A stretch of DNA of 64,000 bases, taken from an uncultured Candidatus Binatia bacterium. Its GTDB lineage: Bacteria; Desulfobacterota; Binatia; Bin18. Position numbers and translations under genes: made by a program. Shown here piece after piece: positions 29,032 to 38,462 of this stretch. The stretch lies in assembly GCA_965214605.1 (NCBI GenBank), contig OZ243961.1, positions 3,232,001-3,296,000 on the forward strand, given 5' to 3'. The stretch's first letter is position 1. Every line of letters begins with the position of its first letter. A model generated the notes under the pieces. It did no database searches. It saw only the letters and a program-made list of their open reading frames with translations, and was not told where the DNA came from.

Positions 29032-29919
29032 GTGTTGTGTCGAGTCGCTGCCCTAATCGTTTTGTTCGGTATCCAGTGCGGGGGAGGAGACCTTGGGGCC
29101 GAAGACCGCACCTCTGTTGAAGCGTGTGCGGACCTCAGTGCAGAAGAGAAAAAATCTTGTCTGCTGGCCGGCTTCACCGTCTTTGACTCTGATGACAGTC
29201 TCCATTTTGCCCATCTGTGTTCTGAGGCGCAGTACCGATACCGGTACGCGTGGTCGGCCTACGCTTTCTTTGAAAAACTCGCCTCCGGCACGAAAAGTTA
29301 CAAGGCGCTGGTCCTGGCCGAAGTCTTGGTCGGTTCACGGTACGGGCAGAGCGGCTTGACGGGCCTAGGGGTTTCTCTGGAGAAAATACGGATTGAGTCT
29401 CTGTCGGAATGGTCAGGAGCGCCTTTTGCGCTGGCCCTGCAAATGACAAATCGGCGTACAGGCGCACTCACGACGGGCAAATTTTCAGAAACCTTTTGGT
29501 CTCTCGACAACAGGAGTCCTGAACTCAGACCGTACCGGATTGCTCCGGATGGATCTATGGATTGGGAGCAATACACAGAGCCGGAGGAGGCAAGCATCTC
29601 TCAGGGGCAAAAGCACTCCGAGTCAATAGATATCTATACAGAAAACATCCCCCATCCTGACGATGATTTCTCTCTAGGAATCGTTTTGCGAAACGCCTCT
29701 TCACAAGAGCGGCTCATGTTGGAGGGGCCGGCTGTCCGCCATATCCCAGCGCTTCTGCGCAGTATCAAGACCCCGGTCAGCCGCAGCCTTGGGCTGCTCC
29801 AGACCCTCAATCCGTTTCAGGAGGGAGGCTTGTGGGACTTTATAAGAAATGCCAGGCGCTATGACGGCTGCATCGCCCTCAGGAAAGAGGCCAAGAGACA
29901 ATTCCGGGCCCGCTTTTAG
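29032..29919 (+). CDS. Hypothetical protein, possibly exported or a lipoprotein
   Basis: Long open frame (track 28945-29919); putative GTG start at 29032 gives hydrophobic VAALIVLFGIQ-C-GGG; no recognisable domain. Confidence 0.5.
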   Translation: MLCRVAALIVLFGIQCGGGDLGAEDRTSVEACADLSAEEKKSCLLAGFTVFDSDDSLHFAHLCSEAQYRYRYAWSAYAFFEKLASGTKSYKALVLAEVLVGSRYGQSGLTGLGVSLEKIRIESLSEWSGAPFALALQMTNRRTGALTTGKFSETFWSLDNRSPELRPYRIAPDGSMDWEQYTEPEEASISQGQKHSESIDIYTENIPHPDDDFSLGIVLRNASSQERLMLEGPAVRHIPALLRSIKTPVSRSLGLLQTLNPFQEGGLWDFIRNARRYDGCIALRKEAKRQFRARF

Positions 29920-29992
29920 CAGCCGGTGGGATGATCAGGACCAGCCAGTGCTTAGCGTCCTGGCGGTCGGCGAAAGGAAAAGGGGACGGCGG

Positions 29993-30028
29993 GTGCTCAA
30001 CGCCTTACGGCATCTGATGGATCGTCAC
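29993..30028 (-). CRISPR. Single 36-bp CRISPR repeat (type I-B/MYXAN-like), collapsed array
   Basis: Minus strand GTGACGATCCATCAGATGCCGTAAGGCGTTGAGCAC; stem GATGCC-GTAA-GGCGTT, 3' TTGAGCAC; lies downstream of cas2 and an AT-rich leader. Confidence 0.85.
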
Positions 30029-30284
30029 CCTCCACGAATAAGAACCTGTTTTTGTTGGGCTTTTTCGCTCTCTATGCAAGGACCCCTTTCCGATGATTGA
30101 TTCTCAGCATAAAAGGCCCCTCTCATTCTTTCGCCTCTCACCCCAATTAACGAATATGTCAGTGTTTTTTCTCCTTTCAGGCCTCCTTCTCTCTCCTAAC
30201 ATCGCTTTGTGGTGGTTATATGTTTGTCTCATCTCAGCGGACCACACATCCTAAAGGAGCATGAATTCAAGATATTTCAAAAAA
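30029..30284 (-). promoter_or_regulatory. CRISPR leader region
   Basis: AT-rich non-coding stretch between the cas2 stop and the repeat. Confidence 0.7.
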
Positions 30285-30579
30285 TTACACTACACGAAAC
30301 CGTGGCTTTTCCTCAATCCATTCAACCTTGGTGTGCCGTGCAATGAGTTTTGAGGTACACGAGCTACAAAGTCCTGCAATCATCAAGCCATCTTCGGGTG
30401 CTAGTTTCTTCTCCAACTCCCAACGCATTCGTTCCAGCTATCGCTTGGTCAACCGACAACGGAAGACGGAATTATTGGAGCCCTTCCCCGTATCCCTTGA
30501 GGAGCTTGAAACAACGCCGCCACCGCTTGGGGTCGCGGATATCGTAACAAACCAAATCCCAAAACCGTCCTTCCGCCAT
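30285..30579 (-). pseudogene. cas2: CRISPR-associated endoribonuclease Cas2, disrupted
   Basis: [35 protein letters not shown], then a +1 frameshift (TAAT for TAT), SVFRCRLTKR*LERMRWELEKKLAPEDGLMIAGLC...RVV*. Confidence 0.9.
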
Positions 30580-30589
30580 AGACGACCTC

Positions 30590-30927
30590 TCAACGCAGAC
30601 GTATCCGAGCAAACAATCCGGGTTCTCCGGCCCAAACAAACGGGCCTCCAATTCTATCAATCGTGTGTACGATAAAGAATATCCTGTGACCGGATGTTTC
30701 CAGCGATCTTCCTTGCGTCGTTCATGGACCTCGATGGCTTTTTTTCGACCAGAGTCAGTGAGCCAAACTTGCTTGCCTACCTGTGTAAAATCGTCTTCCG
30801 TATCCCACTGAAGACGATTGACCGAAGCAACTAGCGGCATGTCCCACAGCGGCACCCGAAACAGTTCCATCAAATCCAAAACGAGTGGGTGGGCAGCTGA
30901 AGGCGGACGGTGAAACCCCACCGGTTC
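30590..30927 (-). pseudogene. cas1: 3' remnant of Cas1 (MYXAN-type, usually a Cas4-Cas1 fusion)
   Basis: [20 protein letters not shown]...[21 protein letters not shown], then in a shifted frame [14 protein letters not shown]; 5' portion absent. Confidence 0.88.
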
Positions 30928-31416
30928 TGTTGCGCGAGGCCGTGTAATAGCGCATCTGTGCGGTGCGCGTCTGGTCAATCGCCCGGGAGAGCTGATCTAT
31001 GGTGTGGCGATGCTGCTGATAGGTTTTGTGGGAGCCCAAGCCAACTGAAAACTTGATCCGTGGCTGCTCAACATAGCTCGCGCCCTCTGCCGGCGCCAAG
31101 TCCAGATCAGTCTCCCTCTAAAGGCTTGAGCAAATCCCGGCTAAAGACCAGGGCCATCAGCTCTGTTGCCGATAGCGTCAGGGGGAGGACCCGACGATAG
31201 CCGTCCATAAAACGCTAGCGTGTCCGACCGGTGCTGCGCTCTGTGACCAGAGGAATATGAGCGGCCTCAAGGGCTTCGAGGTCGCGCCGAATAGTCCGGG
31301 AGTGGCATGAGAAATCTTCAGGTAAGGACGCCGCCAGCTCTTGTATCGTTGCTCCCCGGGGATTCTTCTCCAATTGCTGTAAGAGGAACCACTGGCGGCT
31401 GGTCGTTACGTGGCAT
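30923..31416 (-). pseudogene. HTH-WYL transcriptional regulator (PafB/C-like), disrupted and truncated
   Basis: Hand translation MPRNDQ/RQWFLLQQLEKNPRGATIQELAASLPEDFSCHSRTIRRDLEALE...TR*RFMDG...ELMALVFSRDLLKPLEG, then [20 protein letters not shown] (start of the WYL domain). Confidence 0.82.
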
Positions 31417-31434
31417 CGCTCTTCAAGAGAGATT

Positions 31435-31911
31435 TTACAGCTCGTTTTCCTGAATATCTTCCTGAGCGTCCTCTAGATTACGCCAGGCGCGGACAAAGTT
31501 GGCGTTGAGTCGCACCGCCTCTTCAAATGCGGCCCGGGCTTCGGCTTTGCGGCCTAAGCGCAGGTAGAGCTCGCCGAGTTCGTTGTGGGCGACATCGTCC
31601 GTGGGACATAAGGCGAGCCCTTCCTTGTATTTGGCGATGGCCGTTTCTCCCTCCGTGTCTTTGCGGGCCTCTTCAAACGTGTAGAACGCGGTGTTGCAGT
31701 CTTCGCGTTCCTCTTCGGCCTGCTGGGCCTGTTGTTTGAGCGCCTCGGTCTCGGCTTTGATCTGTTCGGTTTCGGCTTTCAGCCGGGCGATTTCGGCCTG
31801 CTGCTGCTCAATAACGCTGCGGTCGATAATGGTGTCCCACATGCCGTCCCATACGCTGCAGGCGGATAGAAGGAGAGAGAAGACAATAGGGAAAAGGCGG
31901 CGCCAGGCCAT
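31435..31911 (-). CDS. Lipoprotein with coiled coil and TPR
   Basis: Lipobox LLSAC; coiled-coil segment; TPR AHNELGELYLRLG. Confidence 0.8.
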   Translation of the reverse strand: MAWRRLFPIVFSLLLSACSVWDGMWDTIIDRSVIEQQQAEIARLKAETEQIKAETEALKQQAQQAEEEREDCNTAFYTFEEARKDTEGETAIAKYKEGLALCPTDDVAHNELGELYLRLGRKAEARAAFEEAVRLNANFVRAWRNLEDAQEDIQENEL

Positions 31912-32688
31912 TTAGAAATTGTCCTTGAGGTAGCGCGTACGCTCAAGCACGGTCACGTTGTCGAGCTGGAGGTTGGGAAACTGCTTTTTGATGGTGGCCC
32001 GCAGTTCTTGACTGTCCACTCGGATGAACGGGTTGATCGACTTTTCCTCCGCAACCGTTGACGGAATAGTTGGCTGATTCTTGGCTCGGGTCTCCGCGGC
32101 CCAGCGGAGCTTGGCCTGGACGTCGGCGTTGTTCGGCTCTAGGGTCAGAGCGAACTCAAGATTTTTGATCGTGTACTCATGACCGGGGTAGATCTGGGTA
32201 TCCTCGGGCAAAGAACTCAGCTTGACCATATTGTTATACATGTCTGCGGCCGTGCCCTCGAACAGCCGTCCGCAGCCGGCAACAAACAGCGTATCCCCGG
32301 TAAAGGCCACTTTTTCAGCCGGGAAATAGGCGGCCACATGTCCGCTGGTGTGGCAGGGAATGAACAGAAAGCGACCCTCAAGATTCCCGATTGTGACCGT
32401 GTCGCCCTCGTCAACCATGTGGCTGATACACGGCGTGCGGGTCTCGTCGCGTTTGTGGCCGTACACTTTTAGGTCGGGATATTCCTGGACCAATTCCTTG
32501 TTGCCGCCAACATGGTCCCAGTGGTGGTGGGTGTTGATAATGGTGGTGAAATTCACCCCCTCACGCTTGACCGCATCGGCCACCGGCCTGGCTTCCGAGG
32601 GATCGACCACGCCGGCCTCATTCGTGGTTTCGTCAATAACGAGATAGGCATAATTGTCGGACAAAACGGGGATGGTAATAATTTTCAT
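31912..32688 (-). CDS. gloB: Hydroxyacylglutathione hydrolase (glyoxalase II)
   Basis: DNYAYL, THHHWDHVGG, PCHTSGH, FTGDTLFVAGCGR, GHEYT. Confidence 0.95.
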   Translation of the reverse strand: MKIITIPVLSDNYAYLVIDETTNEAGVVDPSEARPVADAVKREGVNFTTIINTHHHWDHVGGNKELVQEYPDLKVYGHKRDETRTPCISHMVDEGDTVTIGNLEGRFLFIPCHTSGHVAAYFPAEKVAFTGDTLFVAGCGRLFEGTAADMYNNMVKLSSLPEDTQIYPGHEYTIKNLEFALTLEPNNADVQAKLRWAAETRAKNQPTIPSTVAEEKSINPFIRVDSQELRATIKKQFPNLQLDNVTVLERTRYLKDNF

Positions 32689-32815
32689 CGGAGTCTCCTT
32701 TGAGTTGAGAACAGGGCCAATCTATCGGACGTCTCTGAGCGGGGTCAAGTCAGTGTTGCGCGCCTGGCCCATCCTCGGCTAAGACGGAAAGGAAACCAGC
32801 TCTTGGAGGCAAACC

Positions 32816-33220
32816 ATGCAAGGCGTTCTGGATCATATTGTGCTGAATGCGGAAGATGTTGAAGCCCTGGTGCGGTTTTATACCGAGGTGGTCGAGCTAG
32901 CGCCCGAGCGCTTAGACGCCTTTCGCCAGGGCGAGGTACCGTTTCCCTCGGTCCGGTTGAACGCCGGCACGATCATTGATCTCGCTCCCAAGGCGATGTG
33001 GCAGGGGATGCAGCCACAGGAGCGCGGCCGGCCGAATCTGGGCCATTTCTGTTTGACCTTGGACAAGACCGACTGGGAACGTCTGCGCGGTCGGGTGGCG
33101 GCTAGCAACATTCCGATTGAAGGTCCGCTGCCCCGCTGGGGAGCACGGGGGAATGCCACGTCGATCTATTTCCACGATCCCGAGGGCAATGAGATTGAGG
33201 CGCGCTACTATGCGGACTGA
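32816..33220 (+). CDS. VOC/glyoxalase family protein
   Basis: LDHIVLN, HFCL, WGARGNATSIYFHDPEGNEIE. Confidence 0.88.
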   Translation: MQGVLDHIVLNAEDVEALVRFYTEVVELAPERLDAFRQGEVPFPSVRLNAGTIIDLAPKAMWQGMQPQERGRPNLGHFCLTLDKTDWERLRGRVAASNIPIEGPLPRWGARGNATSIYFHDPEGNEIEARYYAD

Positions 33221-33239
33221 GTCTCTTCTTAGACCGCCC

Positions 33240-33642
33240 TAAGCTCCTGCAAGACCGACCGCAAGGGCTAGCCCGGCTTCTTTGCGCCGTACATATCACC
33301 TCTGAGCGATAGATTCCAGCCGTGTCTCCGACGTTCATAGCGCCCGTTGGCCGCGAGAAATCCGTCTGCCAGCGGCCCAGGAGCAAGGGTCCGGTACGCC
33401 CGAACGCCGCCCGCCTCAGGCAAGCTTCTCTTCCCGCTCCCGTAAGTGACTTTTGGTGGAAACGATTTCTCTGGCGAGAGCGGCAGGGCCCGAGAGAGAC
33501 GGCCTAGTGCCGGTCGAGGTTCTCCCGAGCGAGAAAAGCAGGTCGGGTTCTCTGCCGGGAAGCGTAGGGCTGGTCTACATCTGAAAAGGGGCCCTGCGGT
33601 CCACCTCGCTTCGCTCATGTTGCTTAGATATTCAGGAGCTTA
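33240..33642. other. ~400-bp non-coding element bounded by 10-bp inverted repeats (MITE-like or structured RNA)
   Basis: TAAGCTCCTG (33240-33249) and CAGGAGCTTA (33633-33642) inside a 595-bp gap between convergent genes. Confidence 0.35.
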
Positions 33643-33815
33643 AACACAAAGCTGGCCGGGACTTGAGGACTGTTTGAGGCTGTGGAGGCTATAACGACCT
33701 CCCTGGCCACGGGTATCTTTATCGGACCACTCCAGGGACTCCTCAGAGCTCATCTTTTGCGAGACCCGAGTGTGAGCTACCGGCAGAGGTGCGGTCCGTT
33801 CTCGACGCAGCCTCT

Positions 33816-34598
33816 CTAGCCTCGCCCGTGCTCGCGTAGAAAATCGTCTACGATCCGGTTGAATTCATCGGCTCGTTCAAAATAGACAGAGTGGCCGCAG
33901 CCGGGGACTGTGATGCATTGGGCGTGGGGAAATTGGGCCGCCACGCTTTCCATGGCTAGCGGTGGGGTCAAGACGTCTTCCTCACCAACAATCAACAGGG
34001 TCGGGATCTGATGCGCGACAATGGGCCGGGGATCGGACTTGAGGCTGAACAGGGCGACGCCTAGATTGGGGGCAACGTGTATGTTGAGAGCCACAATCTG
34101 CTGATACAGGAAAGTCAGAGCCGGCTCGCGTTGGGGAAACGTTGGCGAATAGGCGTTCTTTAGCAGCTCGGGCAAGCTGCCGCGTGAGCGTTGTTGAATA
34201 TCGGCCTGGGCCCGGATGGTCTGGCTGGTTTCGATCCCGCCCAAAGTGTCGCACAGGACCAGGCCGCTGGTTCGTTGGGGATAGGCTGAGGCAAACCCGC
34301 ACACCGTCCAGCCGCCCATTGACTGCCCGGCCAAAACGGCTTTTTCTACCGCAAGGTGATCAAGCAGGGCGACGAGGTCTTGCACGAACGCTTTGGGGCC
34401 AGGACCGTCTAGAACGTCCCGCGATAGCCCGAAACTCCGATGATCAAAGGTAATGACCTTGAATGATTGGGAGAAGGTGGGCACCTGCTGCCACCAGCTC
34501 AGATGGTTCCCACCGCCACCGTGGGCAAAAACTAGGGCCGGACCCTGGCCGTGCACTTCGTAGTACAGCTCAATATCGTTAATGTTTGCAAAAGGCAT
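33816..34598 (-). CDS. Alpha/beta hydrolase
   Basis: HGGGG, GQSMGG nucleophile elbow, GEED, GHSVYFE. Confidence 0.9.
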   Translation of the reverse strand: MPFANINDIELYYEVHGQGPALVFAHGGGGNHLSWWQQVPTFSQSFKVITFDHRSFGLSRDVLDGPGPKAFVQDLVALLDHLAVEKAVLAGQSMGGWTVCGFASAYPQRTSGLVLCDTLGGIETSQTIRAQADIQQRSRGSLPELLKNAYSPTFPQREPALTFLYQQIVALNIHVAPNLGVALFSLKSDPRPIVAHQIPTLLIVGEEDVLTPPLAMESVAAQFPHAQCITVPGCGHSVYFERADEFNRIVDDFLREHGRG

Positions 34599-34899
34599 AC
34601 GCCGCTCCTTCCCTTGGCTCCGTGCGGTCTCTGCGAGGCCACAGCCAAATCTTCATCTGAGCAGCCCGGTTCGCTTCACGCCAGCCCCGATTCGTCCATC
34701 TTCCGCCTGCCCCGGTCAGCTCTCGCCATCAGGTCGGTAGTCCCACAAGTGGTCCTTGAGGCCGTCTCGGGTTTTGCTACAAGCAGGGGAGTTTTGCAGA
34801 TAGCCAAGGCGCCGTCTTCTTTGTCGTCTGCCTTGGCACCGCCCTCCTTCTTGTCTCCTCCTCTGGACTGGAGAGGCTGTCTGTCAACCCAGGCTAGCC

Positions 34900-36132
34900 T
34901 CACGGGGTACGCTCGGTCATGATCTCGGCCTGCGAAGCCACCACTCGGGCCTCTTTGAGCCGTGCGATATGCTCCTCCGAGTAGCCTAACAAGCGCCCCA
35001 AGACCGCATCGGTGTGCTCCCCCAACAGCGGTCCCGGAGCCATCACACCGCCGGGCGTGGCCGACAGTTTGATGGGCGTACCGTCTAGCACCGCCTGACC
35101 CTCTTCCGGGCTGTTCACCCGCGCCCAATAGCCCCGGGCTTGAAGCTGTGGGTCACGGTCAAGATCTTCGCCGTTGGCCACGACCCCGGCCGGCACCCCG
35201 GCCTCTTGGAGCAGACGCATGACGTCGTGGGGCGTGTGGTGAGCGGTCCAGGCCTCAATAGAGCGGTCTAATTCGTCGTGGTTGTTCAGACGGGCGTCGA
35301 GGCTGGCAAAGCGATCCTGGCGGGTCCAAGCTGGATTGCCCAACACCCGACACAGGGCTTGCCACTCGTCTTCAGTAAACACGGTGATGGCACACCAGCG
35401 GTCGTCTCCTAGGCAGCGATAGATGCCGTGCGGCGCGGCCGGGGCTTCCTGAGAGCGGTTGCCCAGCGGCCCAAGGCTCGCCCCGTTGGCCGAGATGTCG
35501 AGTAGGGTCGGGCCGACGATGCTCGATATCGTCTCAAACTGTGACAGATCAACAAACTGCCCCTCCCCGGTGCGCCGGCGGTGCCATAGGGCCATGAGCA
35601 CGGCCAGCGCGCCGCTATAGCCGCCCGACATATCGGCGTAGGAGTAACCCCAGCCGGCCGGCTCCTTGCCGGCATGGCGCATCAACAAGGTATAGCCGGA
35701 CAGGGCCTGGAGGGTCGGGCCGTAGCTGACATAGTCTTTGTGCGGCCCGCTGTGGCCAAAGCCCGACATGCTGACAGCGATGATGTCCGGCTTGATCTGC
35801 TTGATGCTGTCGTAGTCCATACCCCAGTTGCGCATGACCCGTGCGCTGAAGTTGTCGATCACCACGTCTGACACCGCCACCAGCTTACGGGCAATCTCCA
35901 CCCCGCGTGGGTCGGCCATATTGACCACAGTGCTGTGCTTGCCGCGGAAGAGGTTTCCGGTAAAGCCGCCTCGGCGGGTGCCGAGGTCGAGCGAGTCGCG
36001 CCGCTCGATTTTTATCACCTCCGCGCCCTGGTCAGCCAGAATCCGGGTCGCTACCGGCCCGGCCACCACCCAGGTAAAATCAAGGATGCGGACGCCGCTC
36101 AGGGCACGTCGCCGGGCTTGCTGCTCACTCAT
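34900..36132 (-). CDS. Family III CoA-transferase (CaiB/BaiF), BbsF-like with catalytic Asp
   Basis: LSGVRILDFTWVVAGP, GAEVIKIE, DNFS, YSYADMSGG, PLLGEHT. Confidence 0.92.
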   Translation of the reverse strand: MSEQQARRRALSGVRILDFTWVVAGPVATRILADQGAEVIKIERRDSLDLGTRRGGFTGNLFRGKHSTVVNMADPRGVEIARKLVAVSDVVIDNFSARVMRNWGMDYDSIKQIKPDIIAVSMSGFGHSGPHKDYVSYGPTLQALSGYTLLMRHAGKEPAGWGYSYADMSGGYSGALAVLMALWHRRRTGEGQFVDLSQFETISSIVGPTLLDISANGASLGPLGNRSQEAPAAPHGIYRCLGDDRWCAITVFTEDEWQALCRVLGNPAWTRQDRFASLDARLNNHDELDRSIEAWTAHHTPHDVMRLLQEAGVPAGVVANGEDLDRDPQLQARGYWARVNSPEEGQAVLDGTPIKLSATPGGVMAPGPLLGEHTDAVLGRLLGYSEEHIARLKEARVVASQAEIMTERTP

Positions 36133-36153
36133 AGCTGTCGTGCTCTCTGTCTG

Positions 36154-37167
36154 TCAGCAGCCGGTTACCACAATCTTGCCGAAGTGGGCCGCGCTTTCCA
36201 TACACCGCAGGGCGTCCTGAGCATGTTCAAAGGGAAAGACTTGATCGATAACGGGCTGGGTGTGGTTGATTGCCATGGCCGCATTCATGTCCTCAAACAT
36301 ATCGCGCGAGCCAACATAGATGCCCTGTAGCCGGATGCTCTTTTGGAGCACTGGCATGGGGTCTGTTTTGCTGCCAAAGCCCGACAGCACGCCGATCAGG
36401 CCGATAAAACCGCCAACCCGGATAGCGTGAAACGACTGACTCAGGGTTCCGGCTCCACCGACCTCGACCACATGATCGACCCCCACTCCGTCGGTGAGTT
36501 CCAGGGCGGCTTTGCCCCACTCGGGAGTGGTGTTGTAGTTGATCAGATGGTCGGCGCCTAGCTGCTTGGCACGCTCTAATTTTTCGTCGCTGCTGGAGGT
36601 GATAATCACCCGCGCGCCGGCCGCTTTTGCAAACTGGAGGGCAAAGATTGACACGCCGCCGGTTCCCATTACGAGGATCGTATCACCGGCCTTGATGTGG
36701 CCGACCGAAACGAGGTCCTGCCAGGCGGTGAGCGCCGCGCAGGGCAGGGTGGCCGCGTCTTCATACGACATATAGTCCGGGATATGGACAACACCGTCCT
36801 GGTCTAACACCACATACTCGGCCCACATGCCGTCGAGCGCCCCGCCGAGAGCGGACTGGGCATGGCCGGCCTTTGGACCGCCCGACAGCCAGGATTGAAA
36901 GAAGAGGCCGGCCACCCGGTCGCCGGTTTTGACCCGGCTGACCGCCTCGCCAGTCGCCACCACTTCCCCGGCCCCGTCGGACAGCGGAATGAGGGGCTGC
37001 TTGAGGCCGCGCAGGCCACCGTGTTTGACCGTCATCAAATCCCGGTAGTTGAGCGAGGTGGCTTTAACCCGAATGCAGATCTGCTCGGGACCCGGCTGTG
37101 GATCGGGCAGCTCAACGCATTTTAACTGTTCGATGCCAAACTCTTGGTTGATTTCCCAGGCGCGCAT
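36154..37167 (-). CDS. NAD(P)-dependent MDR oxidoreductase (quinone reductase / ADH-like)
   Basis: SLNYRD, PLSDGAGEV, LPCAALTAW, GTGGVS, HFGKIV. Confidence 0.9.
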   Translation of the reverse strand: MRAWEINQEFGIEQLKCVELPDPQPGPEQICIRVKATSLNYRDLMTVKHGGLRGLKQPLIPLSDGAGEVVATGEAVSRVKTGDRVAGLFFQSWLSGGPKAGHAQSALGGALDGMWAEYVVLDQDGVVHIPDYMSYEDAATLPCAALTAWQDLVSVGHIKAGDTILVMGTGGVSIFALQFAKAAGARVIITSSSDEKLERAKQLGADHLINYNTTPEWGKAALELTDGVGVDHVVEVGGAGTLSQSFHAIRVGGFIGLIGVLSGFGSKTDPMPVLQKSIRLQGIYVGSRDMFEDMNAAMAINHTQPVIDQVFPFEHAQDALRCMESAAHFGKIVVTGC

Positions 37168-37233
37168 GTGAGACTCCTTCCTGGTGTATCTATGGAGAAT
37201 ATCTTCGATTCCGGCCCGTGCCCTTTTCGCTCC

Positions 37234-38250
37234 TCACCCGGCAAAGGCTTCGACAATTTTCCGCCAGCGTTTGTCATTCATCCCCGGCCGATCGGGATGA
37301 TAGAAGGCCACTCGGTCGAGCAGGCCGTGGTAGCGTTCTTTGAGCAGCGCCGGAATTTCCTCCGGAGAGCCGCTCACCGCGTACACGTCGAGCATTTCAT
37401 CGGTAATCTCTCTGGCCATTGTCCGCCACTCGCCCTGTGCCGCTTTTTTGTTAAGCGCTATACACACCTCGCCCCAGCCGTGCACGTCCAACACCGGCTT
37501 ATAGGTCCGGGTTGAGGCGTAGAAGGAGATCTGGCTGCGGACCTTTTCACGCATGGTGTCGATTTCCTTTTGACTGTCGCCCATGATGACAAAGGCCGAA
37601 CTGGAGAGACACACCTCTTTGCGGCTGCGGCCGGCCTTGGCCGCGCCCTCGGCAATCCGCGGAAGAACGCACTCGCGCAGAAATTGGGCCGAATGAAACG
37701 GGTGGGCGTGAAAGCCGTCACACAGCTCGCCGGCGAGGCGACACATGTAAGGGTTGACCCCGGCGATATAGATAGGCACCTGGGGGTGAGTGATCTTGCC
37801 TGGATGAAAGGCCGGTGTCATGAGCGTGTGGCGGAAAAACTGTCCCTCGAATCGCAGTGGGCTATCGTTCTGCCAACAGTCCCAAATCGCCCGCAGGGCT
37901 TGGATGATTTCGCGCAGTTTCGGCCCTGGGGATTCCCACGGCACGCTGTAGCGCCGTTGATTGTGCCCCTTGACCTGGGTGCCTAGACCCAACACAAAGC
38001 GGCCGTTTGACGACTTCTGAAGATCCCAGGCGGTATAGGCCAGCGACATTGGGCTACGGGGGAACGACAGGGCAATCGCCGTCCCCAGCCTGAGCCGACT
38101 CGTGTTCGTGGCGGCCACGGCCAGGGGCAGAAACGGGTCGTGGGTGTTTTCCATGCTCCAGGCCGCATCAAAGCCGACCTCTTCGGCGTAGCGGGCAATG
38201 GCGATGGCCTCCTGCAGCGAGTGAGCGGTCATCAGGGTGTCAAGTTTCAT
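37234..38250 (-). CDS. LLM-class F420-dependent oxidoreductase (TIGR03617-like)
   Basis: HDPFLPL, FPRSPM..AY.AWDLQ, LGLGTQVKGHNQRR, HTLMTP, FYASTRTY; start re-called to ATG 38250. Confidence 0.88.
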   Translation of the reverse strand: MKLDTLMTAHSLQEAIAIARYAEEVGFDAAWSMENTHDPFLPLAVAATNTSRLRLGTAIALSFPRSPMSLAYTAWDLQKSSNGRFVLGLGTQVKGHNQRRYSVPWESPGPKLREIIQALRAIWDCWQNDSPLRFEGQFFRHTLMTPAFHPGKITHPQVPIYIAGVNPYMCRLAGELCDGFHAHPFHSAQFLRECVLPRIAEGAAKAGRSRKEVCLSSSAFVIMGDSQKEIDTMREKVRSQISFYASTRTYKPVLDVHGWGEVCIALNKKAAQGEWRTMAREITDEMLDVYAVSGSPEEIPALLKERYHGLLDRVAFYHPDRPGMNDKRWRKIVEAFAG

Positions 38251-38462
38251 CTCCGTGCTCTCCTGTCTCGGGGCGACTTGGCGCCGAAGCCTGTTGTGCC
38301 CACAGCCTGAGACAACCATGTGCCCGACCGGAAATCAACGCCGGACTTTCCTTGCCCCGGTCTGCCGGTCGGTATAAGACAGGGTCAGGACACAAATGGG
38401 GAGCATCCCGTCTGTCACTCAGGCAAGAAGAGCGATGATCTCCATTGCAAAGGAGGGCAGGT

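Noticed and set aside
30328-30675. Plus-strand 115-aa ORF in the CRISPR region
   Set aside because: Antisense to the cas1/cas2 remnants with no recognisable motif
30472-30978. 168-aa ORF that looks like a novel Cas1-Cas2 fusion
   Set aside because: Product of lesions: a deletion near the cas1 3' end shifts into the cas2 frame, and a cas2 frameshift ends it early; it lacks the Cas1 N-terminal region and a credible start
33268-33618. 116-aa minus-strand ORF within the inverted-repeat element
   Set aside because: No transposase or other motif, no clear RBS, and composition typical of non-coding GC-rich DNA
34599-34899. 300-bp gap with an RBS-like AAGGAGG, a GCCAAGGC/GCCTTGGC inverted repeat and a zinc-finger-like snippet (KTRDGLKDHLWDY)
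   Set aside because: No continuous frame, and the similarity is too short to support a gene or RNA call
38343-38351. GGACTTTCC, reverse complement of part of the RNase P RNA core motif
   Set aside because: The match is incomplete, other rnpB motifs are absent and the gap is too short
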